From Chloroflexota bacterium (GTDB lineage: Bacteria > Chloroflexota > Chloroflexia > QHBQ01), in contig JAYUUN010000105.1 in NCBI GenBank assembly GCA_043754535.1, positions 62,001 to 89,210 on the forward strand: a stretch of 27,210 nucleotides of DNA. Direction: 5' to 3'. Position 1 is the first letter of the stretch. Every line of letters begins with the position of its first letter. Shown piece after piece: positions 1 to 9,100 of this stretch. Under the pieces are notes generated by a model. The model saw only the letters and a program-made list of their open reading frames with translations, made no database searches and was not told the origin of the DNA. Both the position numbers and the translations under genes were made by a program.

Positions 1-833
1 CCGTCACCGCTGGTCTGCTCATCGCCGAGGGCCTGCTCGTCACTGCCCGTAGTCTGGGCGGTGAAGACAATTTTCTGCTTGGGTGCGGGCCGGTAGTCCT
101 TGTCGCTGATGGTAGCGACGAGCGTAAGTTTGGTGGTATCGTCGGCTGACACAAAGGCAGAGGAGGATTGCAGGCGCAGGTAGCCATTGCCAGCACTGTG
201 CTGGTCGCTCTGGGGGGGCGTGTTGTCAGTCGGCAGGGTGGGGGTAGTGCCGCCACTCTTGTCGCCAAAATCCTTACTGCCCGCACTGCTCTTGGCAAAC
301 TCTTTCTCGCTCACCTCGGTACCACTAGTCTTGTCGAGGATAAAGAAGTTGCTGCTCACGCCCTTCCAGAGGTCGTCTCCGCTCAACTTGCCCTCAATGG
401 CTCTCTGGAAGTCGCTGGCCTGGGCAGCGAAGACTAGCCAGTAGTTACCTATCTCTAGCGCACTGAAAAGGCTGGCAGACTTGGGGTAGTAGGTGTGCAA
501 GGCGTAGAAGCCTTCAACCGCCTGCTGAATGTTGTTCTCGTCCTCATAGGCGTGTTGGCTGGTTGGGTCGAAGGTGGGGGAGTAGAGGCGCATGATCACG
601 CCAACGTTGCTGCGGTCTACGTTACCCTTACTGTCGGTCACATAGCCGACATCAACTATGCTGTAGCCCTTGCTGCTCAGGTAGCTAGAGACGCTGTTCC
701 CGGCTGCGTCGCTGCTGCTGCCTACCCCGCTGCTACTTTGGGCGCGGGCAGTCTGGGGCGTAAGCAGGCTGATCGTCAGCAGCAGCACAGCCAGCCCTGC
801 CAGCATTGCCATCCCCTGGCGCAGCAGTTTCAT
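1..833 (-). CDS. Secreted/surface protein, 3' end truncated by window edge; possible Ig-like (Big-1-type) domain starting near the edge
   Basis: Not in ORF track. ATG at 833 with GGAG upstream. Reads MKLLRQGMAMLAGLAVLLLTISLLTPQTARA|QSS (Sec signal, ARA cleavage site) and stays open to the window edge. Ends ...ADDTTKLTLVATISDKDYRPAPKQKIVFTA, which resembles a Big-1 repeat. Confidence 0.8.
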   Translation of the reverse strand, partial: MKLLRQGMAMLAGLAVLLLTISLLTPQTARAQSSSGVGSSSDAAGNSVSSYLSSKGYSIVDVGYVTDSKGNVDRSNVGVIMRLYSPTFDPTSQHAYEDENNIQQAVEGFYALHTYYPKSASLFSALEIGNYWLVFAAQASDFQRAIEGKLSGDDLWKGVSSNFFILDKTSGTEVSEKEFAKSSAGSKDFGDKSGGTTPTLPTDNTPPQSDQHSAGNGYLRLQSSSAFVSADDTTKLTLVATISDKDYRPAPKQKIVFTAQTTGSDEQALGDEQTSGD

Positions 834-929
834 AGTAACACGATTCTCCATCTTGAACACTCCTCTGGCTGAGTAGCCGGGGCTGCGGCCCACTTGCGAG
901 CCACGTCACAATGCGGAAGTTGCTAGCCC

Positions 930-938
930 ATTATAGCA
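930..938 (-). promoter_or_regulatory. Extended -10 promoter (TGCTATAAT) for the secreted-protein gene
   Basis: Reverse complement of attatagca, about 100 nt upstream of ATG 833. Confidence 0.6.
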
Positions 939-1123
939 TGAAACGAGCAAACGATCATCTAACTGCGTAAAATGGACGCTGCTTTAGATTATACGCAGCC
1001 TCCACCTGTTTTGTTGCGGGCCGGGGCCAAGACTATAACATACTTCTCACCGATTGGTGTCTAGCACCCTGCCAGTGGCGGCGGCTACGCGTCCTGGCGG
1101 TGAGCAAGTGCGCTGGCTGCTAT

Positions 1124-1153
1124 TTGCCGCTACCCGCCGCAACATGGTATAGT
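1124..1153 (+). promoter_or_regulatory. Sigma70-type promoter TTGCCG-N18-TATAGT with TG extension
   Basis: TTGCCG at 1124-1129 and TGGTATAGT at 1145-1153, upstream of the small membrane protein gene. Confidence 0.55.
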
Positions 1154-1224
1154 AGCAGCGCAGCAGCCTCCATCCTGGTGGGCTTGCTTTGCTCAACACC
1201 TGCGTCATCTGCCAGCAGGTATGC

Positions 1225-1662
1225 ATGGTAGTAGCATTGGCTGACGGAGGTAATAACCTGGCCCCCAACGAGCAACAAAGCCACAACCAGCTAGCACCGA
1301 GGCCACCGCTGCCAGTCGCTAGCCTCGTCTCACAGCCGCACCCACCTGAGCCGATCAGCTTCGTCGAGCAGTTGGAGGGGCCGATTCGTTCGCTGCCCTA
1401 TGCCGCCTACGCCTGCACGCTGGCCGCCCTGCTACTGGGTCTGCTGGGTCTGAGTGGCTGGGGGTCTACGCTGGCTATCGTCAGCATCGCGGTCAGCAGC
1501 TATCTGCTACGCAAGAACTGGGAGATCAAAGACTCGCGGCTGCCCCTCTCCCTGCTGTTGGGCAACGCACTGCTTGCCTGGCTGCTGTTCATGATCGAGA
1601 TCATGCAGGTCTACCCCTGGCTGCGCGACCTACCAACTATCCTCACTGGCAAGCCAGCCTGA
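1225..1662 (+). CDS. Small hypothetical membrane protein (about 3 TM helices, Pro/Gln-rich N-terminus); start uncertain (ATG 1225 or CTG 1258)
   Basis: Hydrophobic segments YAAYACTLAALLLGLLGL, TLAIVSIAVSSYLL and LSLLLGNALLAWLLFMI; promoter upstream. Confidence 0.7.
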   Translation: MVVALADGGNNLAPNEQQSHNQLAPRPPLPVASLVSQPHPPEPISFVEQLEGPIRSLPYAAYACTLAALLLGLLGLSGWGSTLAIVSIAVSSYLLRKNWEIKDSRLPLSLLLGNALLAWLLFMIEIMQVYPWLRDLPTILTGKPA

Positions 1663-1710
1663 GGCCAGATCAGCAACCCTGGCTGCGATGAAGCGCATGA
1701 TGTGTGTTCC

Positions 1711-3993
1711 CTACTTGCCTTCGGTAGCCACTGCGCCGAGGATCAATTGGTTGACTACTTGCTCCAGTGGGGCGCGGTCGTCGGTGAAGGGGGCAGGGAA
1801 GCCGATGCGGGCGGGGGCAGTGCTGTCGGGTGGCCGGATGTTGCCCTGTTGCAGGGCGCGGGCAAACATGGTCTTGAGGTTGGGGTTGGTGCCAGCGGCG
1901 GCGGTTAGGCGGGCGGCGTTGGCCTCAAAATCGGCGGCCCTGGTCGGCTGGTTGGTGCCGATCACCATGCTGTTACCGCCGCCTGCCACGTCTATGATCC
2001 AGACGCTGGGATAAACCGCGCTCATCGTGTTCGCAATCGCCTCAACCAGGCGGAAGTCAGCCCCATAGCGACCAGCATTGACGACCATCACCCCGCTTGG
2101 CGTGAGGCGGTCGCGCACCTCTTGGAAGAACTCGCGGGTGGTTAGCTGGAAGGGGATGTAGGGCTGGCGGTAAGCGTCCACGCCCACAATATCGTACTTT
2201 AGGCCGCTGGTGCGAATGAAGTAGCGACCGTCGGCCACGTTGATCTTTACGTTCGGCTCGTTCATTGCAAAGTAGGTCTGGCCGATCTTGACGATCTCAG
2301 GGTCGATCTCTACGTTGTCTACGCGGATTGGGCCGTAGATGCGCGTGATCTCCTTGCTGACTGTGCCAGCCGCCGAACCGACCATGCAGAGGCTTTGCAC
2401 AGCAGCGGGGTCATGGTTGGGGTTGAAGTAAGGGGCAATGCCAAAGTAGTCCCAGGGGCCGCCAACTAGTACCTGGGCCGGGTCGGGGTTGTACTTGCTG
2501 TGGATCGCGTGGCCCTCGTTCAGGGCAAGGAGCATCTGCCCATCACGCTCCAAGACCTGGATGTAGCCGTAGGAACTTTCGCGCTCGGCCACCAGCCTGC
2601 CGTAGGGTGCGGGCTTGACCAGGCTGGGTGGCACAAAGAGGATCAGGGCGATCAGCAGGAGCGGTGCAGCCACGGCGAACAAGCCCCTCCCAGGCTGGGT
2701 GATCAGCAACCCGGCGATGCTAAAGGCTAGCAGGATCAGGGAGCCGGCCAGGATGGTGCGGAAGGTGCCAATGGTGGGGATCAGCAAGAACACCGGCCCG
2801 AAGGTGCCAATGATGCTACCGAGTGTGCTGAGGGCGTAGATGCGGCCAGCAGTGCGCCCGCCCCGCTCTACCTTGCCGAGGGCCAGGCGGATGGCGAAGG
2901 GCGAGGTCATGCCAACCAGGGTTAGCGGCAGGGCAAACAGGATGATCACTGCGATAAAGGTGGCGGCGATGCTGTTGGGGATAGCCGCGATAGCGAAGTC
3001 TAGTACTGGCGTTGCTAGCAAGGTGGCGAGGGCGAACAAGCCAGCGCAGGCGAGGGTGAGGCTGAATAGGGTGCGCGGCTGGGGGGCGCGGTCGGCCACG
3101 TTGCCGCCGAGATAGTAGCCGAGGCTGAGGAAGACCAGGGTTAGGCCGATCAGCACCCCCCAGGTGGTCAGCGAACTGCCAAAGTACGGCTCGACGAAGC
3201 GGCTGGCTGTCATCTGGATTGCCATGCCGCTGATGCCAGAGCAGAAGACGACCAGCAGTAGTGGCCCCCGCCTACCCTCCCGCCCAGCCAGGAGAGCGAG
3301 CAAGCTGGCGGCGGCTAGCAAACCTGCTACCAGCAACAAGCTAGTTCGCGCCCCAAAGCTGGGGATCAGCAAGAAGACTGGCACGAACGTACCCACAATA
3401 CTACCTACCGTGCTGAGGGCGTAGATGCTGCCAGCGATGCGCCCACCCTTCTCTATCGTAGCTTGCTGGCCGCTGGCTGCTGGTTGGCTGCCTGCGCCGG
3501 GCTGTTCGTTGCCGAGGGCCAGGCGGATCGCAAAGGTCGTCACCGTGCCGAGGATCACCACAGGCACAGCAAAGAGGGCGACGACCGCCAGCAGTGCGCC
3601 AACGAAGCCGCCCACGCTCTCCGACTTGAAGGCAGCAAGCGAACCTTCGAGGATCGGCTGGGCTAGCCAGGGGACGAGGCCGAGGAACAACCCAGCCCCC
3701 ACTGTCATCTGGTAGAGCAGGCTGGCACGGGGCTGGCGGTCGGCCAGCCAGCCGCCAAGATAGTAGCCTGCGCTCAAGTAGATGAAGACCAGCCCGATCA
3801 GGATCGCCCAGATGTAGAGCGAACTGCCGAAGTAGGGGAGTAGCAGGCGGCTGGCACTCATCTCTGTCGCCATCGTGGTCATGCCTTCGACGAAGACGAG
3901 GCCGAGTAGCACTGCCGTCTGCGGGCTGGGGCGGGCAGCAGCCCGGCTGCTAGGTACGCTGCTGATTACAGTCGGTTCCTGGGTAGTCGCCAT
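1711..3993 (-). CDS. Fused MFS-like membrane domain (duplicated) / spermidine-synthase-like SAM-binding protein
   Basis: Two PYFGSS...GYYLGG..AD..P / AG.IYALST.GSI.GTF membrane repeats. C-terminal SAM fold with VGSAAGT, VEIDPEIV, ADGRYF, YDIVGVDAY, TREFF and L.PSGVMVVN. Confidence 0.9.
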   Translation of the reverse strand: MATTQEPTVISSVPSSRAAARPSPQTAVLLGLVFVEGMTTMATEMSASRLLLPYFGSSLYIWAILIGLVFIYLSAGYYLGGWLADRQPRASLLYQMTVGAGLFLGLVPWLAQPILEGSLAAFKSESVGGFVGALLAVVALFAVPVVILGTVTTFAIRLALGNEQPGAGSQPAASGQQATIEKGGRIAGSIYALSTVGSIVGTFVPVFLLIPSFGARTSLLLVAGLLAAASLLALLAGREGRRGPLLLVVFCSGISGMAIQMTASRFVEPYFGSSLTTWGVLIGLTLVFLSLGYYLGGNVADRAPQPRTLFSLTLACAGLFALATLLATPVLDFAIAAIPNSIAATFIAVIILFALPLTLVGMTSPFAIRLALGKVERGGRTAGRIYALSTLGSIIGTFGPVFLLIPTIGTFRTILAGSLILLAFSIAGLLITQPGRGLFAVAAPLLLIALILFVPPSLVKPAPYGRLVAERESSYGYIQVLERDGQMLLALNEGHAIHSKYNPDPAQVLVGGPWDYFGIAPYFNPNHDPAAVQSLCMVGSAAGTVSKEITRIYGPIRVDNVEIDPEIVKIGQTYFAMNEPNVKINVADGRYFIRTSGLKYDIVGVDAYRQPYIPFQLTTREFFQEVRDRLTPSGVMVVNAGRYGADFRLVEAIANTMSAVYPSVWIIDVAGGGNSMVIGTNQPTRAADFEANAARLTAAAGTNPNLKTMFARALQQGNIRPPDSTAPARIGFPAPFTDDRAPLEQVVNQLILGAVATEGK

Positions 3994-4032
3994 CTATGCT
4001 CCAATTCGATCAAGTGATTGAGGTTTGCGCTC

Positions 4033-4041
4033 ATTATACCA
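4033..4041 (-). promoter_or_regulatory. Extended -10 promoter (TGGTATAAT) for the MFS/spermidine synthase gene
   Basis: Reverse complement of attatacca, 40 nt upstream of ATG 3993, which has a GGAG SD. Confidence 0.65.
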
Positions 4042-4099
4042 TCTCTGGTACCATTTCGGCTTCTTTCTGTCCTCGTATGCTCCTACCACCAGCCCGTTT

Positions 4100-4108
4100 T
4101 GGTATAAT
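4100..4108 (+). promoter_or_regulatory. Extended -10 promoter (TGGTATAAT), probably giving a leaderless transcript
   Basis: Perfect TGnTATAAT ending 6 nt before ATG 4115. Confidence 0.7.
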
Positions 4109-4114
4109 CTCTGC

Positions 4115-5308
4115 ATGACAAAAGTAAATCTATTGGAAGCGAGCCTATCGGCGGCGGATACGCTGTTGCTGGCTGAGATCGCGCTGGCTGCCGAGCAGCG
4201 GGTGCTGCTTTGGGGCGGCGGGGACGGCAGGCTGGCGGTCGCGCTAGCCGAGGTTGTCGGCAACCACAATCTGCTGGTAGTGGAGAGTGATTACGTGGCC
4301 CAGCAAGCCGCCGCAGTGACATACCGCGCCAGCAAGCTGGAGATCGCCAGCGTGCCACCCTCCTACTTCTACAACGACGACCCACCGCTAGACTCGCCCG
4401 ACGCAACCCACCGCCTGCGCGATGCCGAGGGCAGCTTGCCCTCCTTCGACCTGGCGATCCTGCATACCGCCAACCAGCCTAGCCACAAAGCTCTGGCTGG
4501 CGAGATCGGCAATGCTGGCCGCTGGCTGGGCGACGGTGGCCGCCTCTACGTCGTGGGCGCACGCGACGAGGGGATCGAGGCGGCAGGCAGGCTGCTAACC
4601 GAAATCTTCCAGAACAGCCGCCTAGTCGCCTACAAGCGCGGCCAACGCCTCTACTCTGCGCTCAAGGATGCTGGCCGCTACCAGTTTCAGCCCCCTGTCT
4701 TGGAGGCAGACCTGAGCGACGGCAGGGCTGAGCTTGCGCCCCGAATGCGCCCACTGACGATCCGGGGACAGGAGATCACGCTCTACGAGGGCGAGGGTAT
4801 CTTCAACCGCGGGCTGCTCGACCCGGCTAGCATCATGCTGGCGGAGGCAATGCAGATACCAGCGGGGGCTAGCGTGCTAGACCTTGGCTGCGGCGGTGGC
4901 GGGCTGGCGATCCTGGCGGCAAAGCTGGGGGCCGCCCGCCTCTACCTGGTAGACAGCAACGACTATGCGGTGAGCCGCGCCCGCTTCAACCTGAGCCGGA
5001 ACGGGATAGCCGAGGCGCAGTTGCACTGGGGCGACGGGGCGAACCAACCGTTGCCGAAGGGCGGCGGCTTCGATGTGGTGCTAACCAACCCACCCTTCCA
5101 CCAGGGCCACGAGCAGACTACTGCTACCGGCCTCCGCTTCATCGCCACGGCAGCGCGGCTGCTGAAGCCGGAAGGCAGCCTCTACCTGGTTGCCAGTCGC
5201 TTCATCAAGTACGAGCCGACTATGCGCCAGCACCTGGCTAGCGTCAGCGAGGTGGCGGGCGACGGTAAGTTCAAGGTACTATTGGGCCGCAAGTTAGGAG
5301 CCGGGTAG
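4115..5308 (+). CDS. Class I SAM-dependent methyltransferase, RsmC/RlmG-like (MTS domain, tandem MTase folds)
   Basis: C-terminal GIFNRGLLDPAS, VLDLGCGGG, VLTNPPFHQG and GKFKVL; degenerate N-terminal MTase half (LLWGGGDG). Start placed at ATG 4115 rather than TTG 4025. Confidence 0.85.
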   Translation: MTKVNLLEASLSAADTLLLAEIALAAEQRVLLWGGGDGRLAVALAEVVGNHNLLVVESDYVAQQAAAVTYRASKLEIASVPPSYFYNDDPPLDSPDATHRLRDAEGSLPSFDLAILHTANQPSHKALAGEIGNAGRWLGDGGRLYVVGARDEGIEAAGRLLTEIFQNSRLVAYKRGQRLYSALKDAGRYQFQPPVLEADLSDGRAELAPRMRPLTIRGQEITLYEGEGIFNRGLLDPASIMLAEAMQIPAGASVLDLGCGGGGLAILAAKLGAARLYLVDSNDYAVSRARFNLSRNGIAEAQLHWGDGANQPLPKGGGFDVVLTNPPFHQGHEQTTATGLRFIATAARLLKPEGSLYLVASRFIKYEPTMRQHLASVSEVAGDGKFKVLLGRKLGAG

Positions 5309-5352
5309 CCCTGCTGCATTGACTGCCCTTTGGCCCGCAATGGAGGTAAAGT

Positions 5353-6111
5353 ATGGACCCACTCTCGATGATCCGCACCACTGGCAAGCGCATCCTGGTG
5401 GCCGTCAGCCACCCAGGAGAGGAGGCGCGGGACTTTGGTGGGCTGATCGACCGCTACTCGAAGTACGCCGCTCTGGTGGGCCTGATCGTGATGACGAAAG
5501 GTGAGGCTAGCGCATTGCCAGCGACTACCAGGCAGGAGGAGAGCAGGCAGGCGATCAAGCTGATCGGGGTTAGCCAGAGCTATTTCTGGAGCTACAAGGC
5601 TGGTACGCTGGCGGCGGGTGACCAAAACGAGATGACCCAGCGCGTAACCCAGATCATCCGCCTGTTGATCCCCCAGGTGGTCGTTACCTATGCACCCGGC
5701 TCTGCGCCCGATGCCGACAACAATGCGTTGGCGAAGGTCGTTGCTGCCGCCGTGCCAGCCGCCGCCGATGATCGCCGCTATGTAGAGCAGCTAGAGAAGG
5801 GCTTGCCCATCCACCAGGCCGACAAGCTCTACTACCTGACCAGCCCAGCTCCGCCCCACGATCCTGAGCAGCAGGCAGACTGGTACCCACCGACGACAGT
5901 GCTGAATGTGGCCCGCAACCTTGAGGCGCAGCGCGCAGCCTGGTGCGCCCACCGCAGCCTGAGTGCAGGTACAGCAGACTTTGAGCAACAGATCAGTACG
6001 CTGGAGGGCAAGGTCTACCTCCATCTAGCGGTCGGCAAGCCGGGCCGCCGCCCAGGGGAACCATTTGAGAGCGACCTCTTTGGCGGTCTCAACACCCTAC
6101 CGCAGGGCTGA
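5353..6111 (+). CDS. PIG-L/LmbE-family deacetylase-like protein with degenerate catalytic motifs
   Basis: Fold motifs ILVAVSHP, T.GE, R.EE..A..LIGV, P.VVVTY, KLYY, AH.S and C-terminal DLF.GL; SD GGAGGT before the ATG. Confidence 0.8.
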   Translation: MDPLSMIRTTGKRILVAVSHPGEEARDFGGLIDRYSKYAALVGLIVMTKGEASALPATTRQEESRQAIKLIGVSQSYFWSYKAGTLAAGDQNEMTQRVTQIIRLLIPQVVVTYAPGSAPDADNNALAKVVAAAVPAAADDRRYVEQLEKGLPIHQADKLYYLTSPAPPHDPEQQADWYPPTTVLNVARNLEAQRAAWCAHRSLSAGTADFEQQISTLEGKVYLHLAVGKPGRRPGEPFESDLFGGLNTLPQG

Positions 6112-6113
6112 TC

Positions 6114-9100
6114 CTAACTGGCTACTTGCAGGGCTGCATCCATGCGCTCAAGTTCGCGCACCAGACCAAGGCTGGTAAAGAGGGCATAGCCCTGCTGCCA
6201 CAACTCGCGCCCCCGCTGCGGATCGCCCGCCTGCAACTCGTACTCTGCCCAGCTACGCAAACTACGCGCTTCTTCCACCTGGATACCGCCCAGCCTGTAG
6301 ATCAGGGCTACCTCGGCATAGCAATTGCTGGCGGTGTAGAGCCTGCCCTCTGCTTCTACTCCGTTGCAGGCAGCCGCAACCAGGGTGAGGGCTTCCCAGG
6401 CGATGGCGATGTACTCCGGCCCTTCCGTTTCCTGCACGAAGCTGAGAGCCTGCCGTGCAACTGTAGCCGCCTCTGCACACCGCTCCTGGCCCAGCAGAGC
6501 CTTGGTCAGCGACTTGTAGGTGGGAACAAGGAAGGGCAGTCGGTCGTCGCCTGCTAGCAGCAGAGCCTGTCGCACAGCAGCCTCGGCCTCGGCATAACGG
6601 CCCAGGCCGACCAACGCTTCACTGACTGTAACCAGGCTGGACAACTCGCCACGTCGCTGCCCTATTTGCTGGGCAATAGCGACTGCTTCGGTGCTGAGGC
6701 GCAGCGCAGTCTCATAGTTGTCCATTGCCAGCCATACCTCGGCCAGGTTGGAGAGGGCAATGGGCAAGATGCCACGCACCCCCATCTGCTGACCAGCAGT
6801 TACATATTCCTCGAAGTGGAGTACTCCCTGCTTGTAGTCACCTTCGACCATTGCCACCGTGCCAAGTAGATTGAGGCAGTTGGCGACCAGGCGCAGATCG
6901 CCGATCTCTCGGCTGAGAGATAGAGCCTCCTGCCCCAGCAGTTTCGCCTCGGTCAGCCTGCCCAGCAGATGCAGCACCCAGCCCCTGCCGTGCAGAGCGC
7001 GGGCGCGGGTCGCAGGTGAACTCCCTCGGCGGGCGACCTGTTCTGCCCTGGTCACGCTCTTGAGCGAGGCGTAGTGGTCGCCCAGTTCGTCTTGCAAGAA
7101 GGCAAGGCCGAGTAGAGCTTGTACCTGCCGGTCGGGGTCGGCAGCGGTGACGGCGGTGCGGCGCATGGCGGCATAGACCAGCATCGCCTCCTCGAAGCGG
7201 GCCTGGTTCCGCAGCACCAGACCAAGGGCCTCGTAGATGTCCAACCGCTGAGCGGAATAGAGTGGCTCGTCAGAGATGAGGGTGAGGGCTTGCTGATAGT
7301 GGTGAGCAGCTACATCGGGTAGATAGCGCACTTCTGCCCGCCCCCCCGCCTGAGCATACCACTGCCCTGCGAGCAGGGGTTGGTTGCCCTGTTCATAATG
7401 GAGAGCGAGCAGGGCGGCGTATTCGCCAACCCGTGCGCCGCTCTGCTCCTGAATCCAGGCTGCCATAGCCGCGTGGTAGCTGCGCCGCACCTTCCGCAGC
7501 ACCCCCTCGTAGGTCACATCGCGTAGGATCGCGTGCTTGAAACTATACTCAGCACTACCCTGGAAGTCAGAGTCATTGTGTTGGTAGATCAGCCCCTTAC
7601 CCACCAGCGATTGCAACAAGGCGCAAGTTTCATTCTTGGGCTGATCGTTCGCCAGCCGCTGCACTGCGCTATCCCAGAAGATGCGCCCCACGACCGAAGC
7701 ACGTTGGATCGTTGCCAGTTCCTCGCGGCTGAGGCTGTCTAGGCGAGCTTGCAGCACGCCGGTGAGGGTGGGTGGCACGCGCAGGCGGCCCGGTTGGGCA
7801 TTAACCACCTGCCACTGCTCCTCGCCACGCAGGATCACTTCCTCCTCAATCAGCATCTTGATAATTTCTTCGATGTAGAAGGGGTTGCCTTCGGCTCCAT
7901 CACTGATCAGGTCGAGCAGTGCACCTGGTACTTGGGGGATGGGCCGTAGGATGTCTCTAGCCAGGCTGCGGCTCTCCTCCTGCGAGAGGGGCGTGAGATC
8001 AATCCGCTGGTAGCCAGCCAGCCCAGCCCCCCACTGTGGCTGCTCCTCAAAGAGGATCGGCCTGCTTGCCGCGATGATCAGCAGTGATTCGCTCTGGCTC
8101 TGCTGGGCCAGGTAGGTGAGTAGGGCTAGCGAACCCGCGTCGGCCCAATGCAAGTCATCGAGCAGCAGCATCACTGGGAAGCGGGCAAGGGCGGCCTGCA
8201 TCAAGCTGGCGAAGTAACGAGAACCATCGTCATGCAGTTGGCGTTGGCTCTGCTTGCGCTCTTGCACGGCGGGGCTGTCGCTGAAGTCGAAGCCGAGCAG
8301 TTGGCCCAACACCTGGGCCTGCTCCTCGCTCTCCGGGCCGAGGAAGCTGGCTACCCCGCGCACAAACTTGTCGCAGACCACAGGGAGCGGATCGTTGTCG
8401 AGGATATCGAAGCGCAAAGCCAGCATCTCACGCAGCAGACCGTAGGGAACGTTGCTCTGGTTCTGCTCGGCCTGGGCGCAGAAGTACCAGACGGTGGGGG
8501 TGGTGAGGTCAAACCAGATGTTGAACTCCTGGAGCAGGCGCGACTTGCCCATACCAGCCTCGGCTACTATCGTCAATAGTCGTAGGCCATTCCCTTCCAG
8601 CACCTCCTGGTGGGCGTGCTTGAGCCGTGCCAACTGGCCGTCGCGGCCCACCATCGTGGTCACAACCCCCTCTACTCCACGCTGGCTAACCCGCAGGGGG
8701 CGGGGTCGCTCACCGCGGGCCAGATAGGCCTGCACTGCTTCGCTCTTGCCCTTCAAGGCCAGTGGCTCTAGCCGCCGCAGTTGGAAGCCACCGCGTACCT
8801 GACGGTAGACATCCTGCGAGATGACCACCCCGCCAGAGGGGGCAGTTTGTTGCAGGCGGGCCGCCAGGTTGACGCTGTCGCCAACTACCGTGTACTCCCC
8901 CCGCGTGCCAATCGTGGTCAGTAGCACAGGGCCAGTATGGACCCCTACGCGCAGGCCCAGTTCGGGCAACGAGCGGCGGTTCATCTCCACAGGTAGGCTA
9001 AAGCTGGCGAAGGCAGTCTGCATCGCCAGGGCAGCCCGCACTGCCTGCTGGGGATCATCCTCGTGGGAGACAGCCGCGCCGAACAAGGCAAGCAGGCCGT

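Noticed and set aside
168..872. Plus-strand ORFs 168-437, 187-444 and 495-872
   Set aside because: Antisense shadows of the minus-strand secreted protein, which has an SD, signal peptide and promoter.
4025..4114. TTG 4025 N-terminal extension of the methyltransferase
   Set aside because: It spans both divergent promoters; ATG 4115 fits a leaderless start.
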